From the NCBI RefSeq assembly GCF_009914755.1, contig NC_060946.1: a DNA stretch of 64,000 nt. One strand, given 5' to 3'. The position numbers and the translations under genes are program-made. A model generated the notes under the pieces. That model saw only the letters and a program-made list of their open reading frames with translations. It made no database searches and was not told the DNA's origin. Below are positions 1-11,585 of this stretch, in pieces. The number at the start of each line of letters is the position of its first letter. The first letter of the stretch is position 1. The stretch comes from the human T2T-CHM13v2.0 reference genome, Homo sapiens.

Positions 1-17
1 CTGGACCTGGAACAGTC

Positions 18-335
18 ATGGCAGGGGGAATAGCAAATGCAAGGCCTGAGGCAGAAGGTGTCAGGGAGCCAGGAGGAGGCTGAGGTGTTGGGGCGGGACC
101 TGAGAGATGGGTGAAGGCAGGGAAGTGTGGGTGTCCGGAGCACATTGGCGCTGTCGGTGAGAGGGGGTTCTGGGAAGGTGTGCAGCAGATGATGTCTTGT
201 GCAGACTCATGCCTTAGGGTCCCTCTGGCTGCTGGAGCTGAAGATAGGCTACTGGGAGACAAGGATGGAGGTAGGAACGCCTTCAAGGAGGCTGCCACAA
301 TAATCCAGAGGAGTGACAATGGTGGCTCCAGCCAG
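18..335 (-). mobile_element. LINE-2 fragment
   Basis: Degenerate L2 antisense motifs (gggaatagcaaatgcaaggcctgaggcag; aggaggctgccacaataatccagaggagtgacaatggtggct). Confidence 0.6.
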
Positions 336-624
336 GGTCATCAGGGGCCTCTCCTGCCTCCATCCCTCTGCCCTGGGAGTGGTTTTAAAGGGGTCTCCGC
401 TGACACTCACTCCCACTGCTGCACCGTCTCCCGGGGCTTCCCCCCTCTCTGCCCTCCCCAAGGCACTGGTCATCAAGGCCACAGCTGGAGTCTCTTCCAG
501 ACCTTTGAGCTCCAGGTCAGGCACAGAGCAGCCACTTGGCAAATGTCGGCGCTCGTTCATCATTATGGAAGGTCCATACCTTGGCGAGAGAGAAAGGCGT
601 GCAGAAAGAATCCTAGTCCCCGAA

Positions 625-745
625 AGCTCTGGAGTCAGACAGGTCTGGGTTCCAATCCTGATTCTGCCGCATCCTCGCTGCGGGACCCTGGCCACATCGT
701 TCTTCTCTCTGAGGCTCAGTGTCCCCATCTGTAAAATGAAGAGGG
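625..745 (+). mobile_element. MIR SINE fragment
   Basis: gctctggagtcagacag...ctgggttccaatcctg...ctctctgaggctcagtgtccccatctgtaaaatg matches the MIR core. Confidence 0.75.
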
Positions 746-1084
746 CCACTCAGGGTCACACTCTCCACCCAGAGCTCATCTTTGACTTCTCTTTGGAGAT
801 AACCTGACTCACCGGCGCCTACTCTTCAATGTCTTCCCAAACAGGCCCTACAACGCATACAGTGCCCCTGCCACCCCCTGGCCAGAGTTCGTGGCCACCT
901 CAGGGCTCCGGGCTGCTGCAGCTGAGCACCCCACGAGGACAGGACATGGGCCTCGCTCTCCTCCTCTGTGCAACGGGCACCGCACCACCTGGCTCATAGC
1001 TGTCTTCAGTGATTCCTAGGGATGATGAACACAAAGTGCCTCATCCTGGGCTCAGGATCAGTGAAGCTCCCCATGAGAAAGCTA

Positions 1085-1321
1085 CACAAAGATGGAGGTG
1101 GAACTAGAGTGATGTGGCCACAAGCCAAGGAATGCCTGGAGTCATCGTAAGCTGGCAGAGGCCAGAAAGCGTCCTCCCTGGGCCCTTTGGACAAAGCACA
1201 GCTCTTCCAGCATCTTGATTTTGGTTCTGGCCTCTAGAACTGTAAGAAAATTAATTTTTGTTATTTTTAAGCCACTAATTTTATGGTCATTTTTTATAGC
1301 AGCAACAGGAAACTAGTAACA
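1085..1321 (+). mobile_element. MLT1 (B/C-like) MaLR LTR, 3' part
   Basis: ccacaagccaaggaatgcc...tctggcctctagaactgtaagaaaattaatttttg...taagccact...atagcagcaacaggaaactagtaaca, a typical MLT1 3' end. Confidence 0.75.
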
Positions 1322-2206
1322 GTTTTGGTTCACCTAATATTCCTGCATCACTATGATTGTGAATTACAGCTGCTGGCACATCTGTCTTTCCTCTAGACTG
1401 TGAATGTCTAGAATACAAGGACTACGTTTGGAGATCTACAGATAAGTGGGGTTGCCTAACCACTCTGCACTAGAGAAAGTCAGCCCCTGCTGGGCCAGGC
1501 TGGAAGAGACTTCAGAAGCCGTAGGAACAATCTCCTTAGGTCAGGACCAGAGGGTGGCAGGTCTTGAACCCAGGGCCCTGGACCCCACCCACAGCTCCTG
1601 CCAAGCAGACCTGCAGCCCCCAAGGGCACATCACCTTTTCAGCCAGCAATTTAAGGCCCTGCCTGAGTGCAGACTCAGAGAGAGGGAGAGAAGGAGAGAG
1701 GAGACTTGAGGATCTCGATGGACTTGTGGTTCATTCAGTCAAGTCTTTGAGAGAGAGTGCATTTTATTAGTACCAAAGAATTGAGTGCTGTGATTCATGA
1801 GACTCAGAAAGAATTGGCTCCATGCCCTGTGCCCATTGACAGGTGAGCTGGAATTATAGGCTGGTGGAGAGAGTTTGCCTGTGGGTTTCTGGGAGGGAAG
1901 TGAACTACTTATGCCAGCCACTCTCTCCACCCCCCAAACACACCATCTTCCAAGCGCATCTTCTGATGCCACATTCCAATCCCTATGCCAGGTGGGAGAT
2001 GTCCTGCAGTTTGTTGCCTCCTGCCTCTTCCTGGCAAAGCTTAGACTAAGGCCTTCAACATGGTTCCAGTGTCTTGTCATGATGGCTTCTGGTCAGCCCC
2101 AGGATGTGGTAGCCCTGGGGAAAGCCTTGGGGTCCCCTTTGATGCCCCAAGAAATCATTCATAGCGATTAAGGGAGGTTATTGCCAAGCACGTGCTTGAT
2201 TGACAT

Positions 2207-2688
2207 TGGATGGATGAATGGATAGATGGGTGAGTGGGTGGATGGGTGGACGGATGGATGGGTGGGTGGGTGGGTGATTGCATGGATGAATGGATGGATG
2301 GATGGATGGATAGATGGATGGATGATGGATGGATGAAAGGAAGAAAAAATAAATGGATGGATAGATGGGGGTGGATGAATGAATGGATGGGTGGATGGAT
2401 GGATGGATGGATGGATGGAAGCAAGGAAAAATAAATGGATGGATAGATGGAGGGGTGGAAGGATGGATGAAGGGATGGGTGGAAGGAAAAATAAATGGAT
2501 GGATGGATGGATGGGTGCATGGATGCATGGATGGGTGGATGGATGGAAGGAAGGGTGAGTGGGTGGGTGGGTGTATGGATGAACAGAAGGAAGGAAGGGA
2601 GAAAGGAAGGATGGATGGAAAGATGAATGGGTAGGTGGGTAAGGAAATGCATGAATGAAAAAATGAGTGGATGAGTGAATGAGTGAAT
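2207..2688. repeat. Degenerate (TGGA)n/(GGAT)n simple repeat, ~480 bp
   Basis: Directly visible; source of the MDGW/HPSI ORFs. Confidence 0.95.
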
Positions 2689-4809
2689 TATTTCAAAGTT
2701 AAACAACCCCAGTTTCAAATTACTTTCCCACTAACATCTGTGTGACTTGTTCAAGTTACTTCTCACCTCGAGCCTCAGTTTCCTCAGTTGTAAAATGGGG
2801 GTCACGTTGCCCAGCTGATGATGCTCATCCATAAAATGAGAGTGATGGTGCTGTGAGTTCTAACAACATTATGCATATAAAGAGTCTGGTCCAATTTTCA
2901 TCACGCCCTTCTCAGAGTCTCCTGGAAGTGGCAAATCTGGCACACAGTAAGTCCTCAGGAATAATGAGTTAGCCTTAAGTCAGCTTAAGGGGGATGACTT
3001 TTAGGCCTCAAATCACCTGGTTCCCCTGAGGTCTCTGAGGTCTCTGAAAGCCCTTTCCTCTATGAAGTTGGAGAGGATTTCTGATGTTGACTTCCCCTGT
3101 AGTGTGAGAGGAGCCAAGTTGGAGCATGTACCCTGCTTCCCTCAAGGTCATGTCCAACACCACCCCAAGCCTTGTTCTCTAGGGGACCCAGAGCATGCAC
3201 TTCCCAGCTGACCTCTCCACAAGTAGGACCTGTAAAAGTAGCAGCCCTTTTCCTCTACCACCCCCAGAGTGGTAGAGAAGAGGGCACAGGAAGAACAGAA
3301 ACAGGCCAGTGCACTCTACCACTCTAGAGGACCAGAAAAGTTTCCTGCCATCCCAACCATCAGCAAAGGGAATATCTGGGGGCTTGGGGAATTTTCCAAC
3401 TGGGCTTCAAATCCACAATTCTTGTGCACGATGCAGGAAAACGTACAGATTTAGGAGTCAGGCAGAACTCACGTTGGCTCACAGGGTGTATACGCCACTC
3501 CAAAAGATTGTGTGAGCTGTCATGGGCCGAAGAGATGTGAATTATGAAAAGCGTTCTACCACGTAAGAATAGAAATTCTCAACCCATCACCCAGGACACA
3601 GGCTGAGTGTCCCCAGTGTGAGCAACAGAGGTCATGTGAGTGAGCCTGGTGGATGAAAAAAGGTGTGAAATCATTGTTCTCACCTCTCCGCCTGCTCTAT
3701 TATAGCAAGCATCAGAGGTTCTGCTGGGAAGACCTGCCATATTCTGGGATAAAGCTGCCCCATTGCAAAGTCCTGAAGGGTTAGCCCACGAATGGCCCCA
3801 GCTCTTCCTATCCAATCCTTCCTTCTAGAATAAAACAGCAGAGGACTTTCTTCTCCCTCCAGACGCATCCTCTAACAGGGGCCCCAGGAAAGAGCTCCCA
3901 GAATAATTGAATAATCCCAGACGAGTGTGAACAGCAGTCGAGGAGGTGTGTGGAGGAGGAACCCAAGGTGAAATTTATTTCTGTCAACTGGTGGTCTATT
4001 TCCCTGATACCATTTCCTTGTATACAGATAAGGAGTTATCTTAAATGACCATGTCTTTTTCAATTTGTACTTAACAGTCAATCCCATTTTCCTTATATGA
4101 TACTATCGCAGCTGGATGAAAAATGCATTCAATAATCCCTAAGGATCTTCATATATCAATATCAAATGGTCTGAAATTGACCTGTTATAAAATCCAGTCC
4201 TTCAAGCTAGCAAGAGACTAAATCAAAAAGAAGCAAATTTTAGCATTCACGGTGTTTTGCGTAAGCTGAATGCTCTAGCACCAAAGCCCATGTTTTCCAG
4301 GGCCTTAAAGAGAATAAATGCTTATTCATTAAAAAACAAAAAACAAAAAAAAATTGCCTGAAAGATATATCTGGATTATTGATACATCTGCCTAATGAAT
4401 GAAGCTTCTTCAAGGGTCACACCTGGCAGAAATACTAATGAGCAGGGGGTGTTAACAATATCCTTCCAGTGAAAGTTCATAGGAACTCCAGGTTTGTGCT
4501 CCAAGCTGAAGAATGTTGTGGAGCCCTTGGGGAGGGAAACATCAGGAGAGAAGGCACAGATGTGCACTTCACAGAATTGTCTGTTCGTGTGTCTTGATCC
4601 CTTCTCAGTAGTAAATACGTAATAGGTATTCTTCCAAAGCTTATTTGATGGCTTGATGTGAGCGGTTAAACTAAGAGGGGTTAGTTCACAGCTCTTCATC
4701 CGCTCTTAGCAAGTCATCAGGAATTCTACTGGGCAGAGCGATTTTCTTCCTGGCTATATAGCTGGTGTGCTCTGAAGTCTCCCAGATTCACTCTCTTAAT
4801 TGAAAGAAA

Positions 4810-5081
4810 CTCACGCCTGTAATCCCAGCTCTTTGGGAGGCAGAGGCAGGTGGATTACTTGAGGTCAGGAGTTCAAGACCAGCCTGGCCAACATGGTGAA
4901 ACCCCGTCTCTACTAAAAATACAAAAATTAGTTAGGCATGGTGCCATGCATCTCTAGTCCCAGTTACTCAGGAGGCTGAGGCAGGAGAATCACTTGAAAC
5001 CTTGAACCGGGAGGCAGAGGTTGCAGTGAGCTGAGATCTTGCCACTGCACTCCAGCCTGGGTGACAGAGCAAGACTTTGTC
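4810..5081 (+). mobile_element. AluSx/Sz, first ~15 nt missing
   Basis: ctcacgcctgtaatcccag...gaggtcaggagttcaagaccagcctggccaacatggtgaaacccc...; internal 8-bp duplication cttgaaac/cttgaacc. Confidence 0.93.
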
Positions 5082-5161
5082 AAAGAAAGAGAGAAAGAGA
5101 AAGACAGAAAGAGAGAAGGAAGGAAGGAAGGAAGGAAGGAAGGAAGGAAGGAAGAAGGAAG
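5082..5161 (+). repeat. Alu-tail-derived (GAAA)/(GGAA)n, 9 consecutive GGAA at 5118-5153
   Basis: Directly visible. Confidence 0.9.
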
Positions 5162-7086
5162 GGCTACATTGTATCTTATTTAATTTTCAGAAGAACCTTC
5201 TGACATTAGAAATAAAGAAATGGAAGGTCGGGGCAGTAATGGGACTTTCATAGGGCCACATCCCTAATGGCAGAGCTTGAGTTCAAGCCCAGGCCCTCTG
5301 AACCCAGAGATCATGCCCATAACCACTGCACAGTTCACCGCAGGAGGTGCTTAATTAATATTTGCCACTTAGAGGAGCGGGAGCGAATGCAAGGGGGAGG
5401 AGAATGGTGGCACTAATGATGCCTCAGAGAGTCTGGGCTTCTCAGGGTCAGAGACAGGAAAGTAAGGTCCCCATTGTTGGGGCAATCAGGGCAGGCTTCA
5501 TGTAAAAGGTGGGTTAACCAGGGCCCAAAAGGGGACGGATGCTGGAAGGGTTCTGTTTGGTGCCCTGATGTCTCACCCTTGCTGCCAGTTTGGCAACATG
5601 CTGGAATCTGCGGGGAACCAGGATATAGAAGACGTGGATATTGTCCTCAGGCAGATCCAGGTTAAGAATCGGAGCACCACAGAGGTGGGACAGAACGGCA
5701 ACCTCCAAGTTGAAGGTAAGCTCCCTTTTACAGAAAGATGGGAGATATAGGGGAACCAGACAGGCTGGGTCCAAATTCCAGCATGACCACCCTCAAGCCT
5801 GTGACCCTGGGCAACTGACATCACCTCCCTGAACCTCACAGGTTGGTATCTGGAAAGCAGGGCAACAAAACCAACCTTGAGTGATGGTGAGCCCAAAAAA
5901 ATCACGTGGGAGAAATGCCCAGCGCTTATCAGGCGCTCACCAAACACCGGCTCCTTTCTTATTCTGCAGGGAACATCAGCTCCATGAGGCCAGAGATGGC
6001 ATCTGCCTTGTTCTCTGCTGGGTCCCCAGTGCCAGACACAGGCAGTGCTCAGTGAATAATCAACTAACAGATGGACAGATGGACGGACAGATGGATATGG
6101 AGTGACCCAAGCTCCAAACATCCCATCTGAGGGACAATGTCCTACCGTCCCCGTCCCCTCCCAGGGAAAGTGTCCTCCTGTACTTTTAACCAGGGAATCA
6201 GCTTTGGGGGTGGGGGTCCTGTGATCCCCAGCCCCAGGCCCTCTCCAGGCTCTTCTGGCTGTTTCACTATAAAGTGCCCAGGTCACCACAAATCCCCACA
6301 CAGATCTCCAAAGTGTATGAGGACCGGAAATCCGAGAAACTGGAAGTAGCAGCCAGATATCAAACCTGACACATCCTTATCCAGCACTCAAGGATTTGAT
6401 GAGCCAAACTCCTGTCCACAGGAGGGTGGGAGCAGGCAGTGGCAGGGTGGTGGGAGCAATGAAAGGGTAGCGGGGCTGCCCCCAAAACCTTTATTCAATA
6501 AATATCTGGGTACAGGATAACAAGCACAGCCAACAGCCATCAGCACTCTCTGTGCACCAAACACCGTGGTGTGTAGTTTGTAGGCACTTGCTCTCCTACT
6601 CATCACAGCACACACCTTGACAAAGACTACTATTTCTTCACTCCTCATGGAGCCCTCCAAGGTTGCACAGCTAGCCAACGGTAGACAAGGATTTGAACTC
6701 AGTCTGATTTCACCATTGCCCACCATGCTACGCACACACTCCTCTGTGCCAGGCCTCACTCAGTGTTTGGAAGACACAGATGAAAGATGAGGCTGAGCCC
6801 TCTTGGATTCTCCCATTCAGCAAAACGGGCACTGGCTACAGTTCTGCAGATATATTGGCATGTCATGGCATATTCATGTATCCATCACGAATGCTTTGGT
6901 GGAGGTGAATACGAAGCTGTTGGAGCAGAAGCACAGACGGCTTCCTGGAGGAGGTGGCATCTAAGGTCTAAGTCATAATAGTAGTAATTGCCACATTTAC
7001 TGCAAGCTTCCCAGGAAATGGGTAAAATGCTAACGCTTCACTTGCCAAAGGATAGGGATCTGGTCCAAAAAATGGTGTGCTGTTAG

Positions 7087-7412
<326 letters not shown>

Positions 7413-7429
7413 AGCCTTTTCACTTCTAA

Positions 7430-7986
7430 CCATGCAACACTCTCTGACAGCTTCTTGTCTGATTCAGAATAAAACCCAGACTCTGCTGCAGTCTGTATGT
7501 GGTGTGCTCCATGCCCATCTCATGGTGCTCTCCCCTTTACCCACTCCACTCCAGCCACGCTGGCCTTCTTCCTCTGCCTTGAACACTTCTGGGTCTTGTC
7601 TGCCCCTGGACCGCTACACATGCTGTTCCTCCTGCCTGGAACGGCATTTCTCCAGTTCTCAAGTAATCAGCCTCCTCTTATCTTTGGATCTCAACCCAGA
7701 AGTCCTCTCCTCGAAGAGCCCTTCTCTGTCCAGCCCTGTAGTGAAAGTAGCTGCCCCCCAGGTCCCCATCTATGTTTATCCCCTTGGGAAACATACAACT
7801 TACAGATGTTTTATAGAGTTGTGTCTTGGCTTGTTTGAGCTGTCTCCCCCATTAGACCTTGGACTCTGGGAGGGCAACAGTTACAGTTACCAAATCTGTC
7901 TCAGTCATTGCTCTGTCCTCAGTGCCTGGCATGCAGCAGGTGCTCAATACAGACCTGGCAAATGAATGAATGAATGAATGAATGAA
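7430..7986 (+). mobile_element. LINE-2 3' end with (GAAT)n tail
   Basis: cactccagccacgctggccttc...tgctgttcctcctgcctggaac...cagtgcctggcatgcagcaggtgctcaata...gaatgaatgaatg. Confidence 0.8.
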
Positions 7987-8240
7987 CTAATGGCTTCCAC
8001 ATTTGAAGAACTGACATCAGGCAGAGGACTCAGACCTCAGGCTCCCCTTGTGTAGTTCTGAGAAACTGAGCCAGAAGAAATGAGAGGGATAGGCGCAGCA
8101 GTGTCATTACGAGTGCGACCTATTCTGTGAAAGAGGGGATCAGGGATGACTTCCTGGAGACACAGCCCAGCTGGGCCCTGACATGACCAGGAATGTGCTA
8201 GATCAAGGGAACAGAGGCCACAGGGTCTATCTTCCACATC

Positions 8241-8442
8241 ACGTGTTTTTCCAAGAGTGTTTTCCCAGGACCACCTGCATTAGTATCTCTAGGAAGGGGA
8301 AGGTGGGTATTTTTAAAATGCAGGTACCTAGGCCACCTCCCTAGCCTTGTGAATTAGAATCTCCAGGGTTAGGGCCTGGGCATCTGCATTCTCACCAGTT
8401 CTCCTACGAGGCTCTGAGCACAGCAGAGTTTGAGCAATACTG
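8241..8442. mobile_element. MER5-like hAT-Charlie MITE
   Basis: aaaatgcag...gaattagaatctccaggg...gggcctggg..catctgcattctcaccagttctcc...gtttgagcaatactg, the MER5 architecture. Confidence 0.65.
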
Positions 8443-9189
8443 TAGTTCTGAAAGTCAGCCAGAAAATCGGGTCTGAAACTATGCCAAGGAGCGAGCCGAT
8501 GACACCCGATCCAGAGGTCTAGTACCCCTCACCCCCAGATCTTTCTCTCTCTCTCTGCCTGAAAGTGGCACATCTCAGCGCAGCCCTTCCTCCCTTGGGT
8601 CACTGGAAAGACCCTGAAAACCCCTCCCTGCTTGGTTCAAAAGGACTTGGGCTGCCCCTGGGTCTCCATAGCCGCACCCCAGGAACCTGCTAAATCAGAG
8701 AATGATCTGCAAACACAAAGCAAACATCACTCATCCTGTTTGGTGGTGGGAGAGCTTTTCTTTTCTAAAGAGAAAAAACAATCCCTGATGATTGACTGCA
8801 TTTTTGCATCTTCCAGCCATTTGTTGCCATGTAATATAGACATTTGCCTGTCAACAAAAACGCCGTCAGTTTTACAAACACGCTTCTTCTACTGGCTTCG
8901 TTGGGGGGAGTGTTTTGACTGGCTTCACTTGTTGAGTGTCTGTGCACTGCTCTGCCCCAACCAGCTGCAATACAGACTCGGGCTGCCCAGAGTTTCTCTT
9001 CCCAGCAAGTCTCCCTCCCTTTGGAGCAGCAGAATCCAACCACCATAGTTACTGGGTCCATGAGAAGCAGGGGCAGGAGAAAGAACTCAGATCTGGAATT
9101 CAATGCTTGGGCAAATTGCTTTCCTTCTCTGGGCCCCAACCGCCTCTGTAAAATGGAAATCAGCCTTGAATCTCCCTTGAGAAGATTAA

Positions 9190-9580
9190 AGAAGATCATA
9201 AAAGTCATCACAGTTTCCATCTTGCTCTCTTGGATCACGCATTCTGGGGAAAGCCAGCTGCCATTTTGTGAGGATGCTCAAGCAGCCCTGAGGACAGACC
9301 ATGTGAAGATCCAGAAGAACTGAGGCCCCTGATCAAAAGCCAGCCATGAGTGAGCCACCCTGGAATTAGAGCTTTCAGCCCTGGTCAGGACTTCAGATAA
9401 CTGTAGCCCCAGACACACAACTGCAACAGCAAGAGAAATTCAGAGCCAAATCCATCCAATGAAGCTGCTACCAGATGCCCAAAACACAGAAACTATGAAT
9501 GATAATAAATGCTTATTGTTGTTTTAAGCTACTAAGTCTTAGGAGTGATTGGTTTCACATCAACAGATAACTGACATACA
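9190..9580 (+). mobile_element. MLT1F-like MaLR LTR
   Basis: ctggggaaagccagctgccattttgtgagga...cacagaaactatga..ataataaatgcttattgttgttttaagctactaag...agataactgacataca. Confidence 0.75.
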
Positions 9581-9624
9581 CAGTAACTGACAGCTATATA
9601 CCCAAAGATAAATCATCACCAATA

Positions 9625-9860
9625 TTGTTTCCTGTGTGCCAGGTACTGTGCTCAGTAATTTACATACATATCTCATTCCATCCTTACCCCACACTGCAAG
9701 GCAGATGCCAGTATGAGGCCTGTTTTACAGATAAGGAAACCGAGGCTCAGAGAGATGCGGCAACATGCCCAAGGTCACACAGCCTGAAATTGGCAGAAGC
9801 AGGATTTGAACCCCGGTCCCTCTGACCCTAGAACCAAAATTCTGAATTACTACACTACAC
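9625..9860 (-). mobile_element. MIR, near full length
   Basis: tgtgccaggtactgtgct...ttttacagataaggaaaccgaggctcagagag...cccaaggtcacacagc...ggatttgaaccc. Confidence 0.8.
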
Positions 9861-10939
9861 AGCATTCCAGATATCCATATAAATTATTATTATCACTAGT
9901 ATTAACTTTTAAAGGAGTGCTTTTCTCAGTGGGAGGGCTTAGAATAAAAGCAAATTGCCTTTGAGCCCTTCAATTACTCCATGGTTAATCAGACAAACTG
10001 CAGACCTCTCCTGCTCTCAGAACCTGAAGTCGGGCAGCTGCAGGTGACTGTGAGGAGGAGGAAGGAGGCACAGAGATGGGCGGGAATTCCCAGGACAGTG
10101 CAACAGGAACAGCCTGTCTGCTGCCTGCCGGGGCTGCAGGGGTTAAAGAGAACTGCCTGGCCGCAAGAAAATCTCTCCAACGGTGTTAGAGCAGGGGAAA
10201 AAGGCAAAATGATTGTAAATTCCGCCAGGGGAATTCTGCCATGAATCCGGCTCACCTTTCGAAGACCCCCCCGCTGCCGCCCCCCGCCCCGCCTGAGAGG
10301 ATAACTGACCTTTGGAGGGAAATAATGAAAAGAAGAAATTCCTTGGAGAAAATAATGTGTCCGGGCCCCAGTAATGAGATCGGCTCCTTTTATGTTGCCA
10401 TGGAGACAGCAGTCATTTTATAATACAAAATACATGAATGGGTGCGGGCGGGCGCAGCCTCGCCAGCCCAGGGGGGGGTCACCGGCAGTATTCGGGGGGC
10501 AGGTTAGCCTCTTGCAGGCTGTGGTCTGGGGGTCGGGAAAATGGCTGGGGTCAGGGGCCACTGTGCCTCACTTCCCCAGAGAAGCAGGCCTGGCTCCTGG
10601 GGCCTTCTCAGGCTGGGGCCTTGGGACTCAGAGAGGGGCTGGGGGCCTGATGGGTGACAGCAGCCTCCATGACTGCTGGGAGCAGGGGGGGCCCAGGCTC
10701 CGGCACATTCATAACATTAACCACAAGGCCCACCTTTCTCGGCTGTGCCTGCTGCGTGACCTAAGTCAGGGTTTTTCTGCAGCTGTCCTATGAGGGAGAG
10801 GATTGTAGCTCTGTTTTACAGATCAGGAAACTGAGGCACGGAGAGGCAAATCAACTTGATCGATGTCACACAACAGGGATTTCAGCCCAGATACGGCTAG
10901 AGCTGAAGTTTTGAGTTAAGACCAGGGACTCTGGGTGTC

Positions 10940-11086
10940 AGCTGGGAGGCTAGCACAAGGGAAACTTTCCGGGTGCTGAAAATGTGCTATTTCGTAATGG
11001 GTGGTGTATACATGTAAAAATGCATTGCGCTGCTCTCTTATACTCTGTATGCTTGAGAGTTTGTAAGTTAACTCTCCTTTTTAAAG
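10940..11086 (+). mobile_element. Old L1M (L1MC/MD-like) 3' UTR fragment
   Basis: cacaagggaaactttccgggtgctgaaaatgtgctat...gggtggtgtatacatgtaaaaatgcatt. Confidence 0.55.
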
Positions 11087-11420
11087 CGTGAGTGTGTGTG
11101 TGTTTACTACAACATGAAGTCTCTGATGTCAGCCAGATCTACACTGAGACCCCAGCCCAAGCCCCAGCTTCATGTGTGACCTTGGCAGGTGGCTTCCTCC
11201 TCCGGGTCCCCCTGTCCTGTCCTTGCCTGTAAAATGGTGAGATATGGTACCCATCTCCTGGGGTTGTTGAAGGACATCATGCATGGGATGGACTGGGTGC
11301 AGGACTTGGGCCGGGGGGAACCCAGACATGCTGCTGAATGTCATCTCTCTCTCTCCTGATGTGTTTCCAATGTTATAATGATGATGGCGACAGGAAAAGC
11401 CGGTGGGGTAAGAAGACGTC

Positions 11421-11585
11421 TAGAGAAAGACCTGGAAGAGAGGAGGGAAGGGAAACTGGAGCTGAGAGAGGAAGAAGGGGAAGAGGAAGGAGACAGGGAA
11501 GAGAAGGAAGGAAAGGAATACAGGAAGGGGAAGAGGAGGAAGAGTTCAGGGAGGGGAGAAGAGGCAGCAGATGAAGAAAAGAGGC
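11421..11585. repeat. Purine-rich (GA) low-complexity tract
   Basis: Near-pure A/G stretch. Confidence 0.85.

Noticed and set aside
111-807. Overlapping 164-207 aa ORFs
   Set aside because: Span L2 and MIR relics, with multiple frames open and no protein-like signature.
2155-2718. HPSI/MDGW-rich ORFs
   Set aside because: Translations of the (TGGA)n repeat.
5573-6301. Longest ORF (242 aa, minus strand)
   Set aside because: Runs through MIR and L2 fragments, has no recognisable domain, and fits chance in GC-rich DNA.
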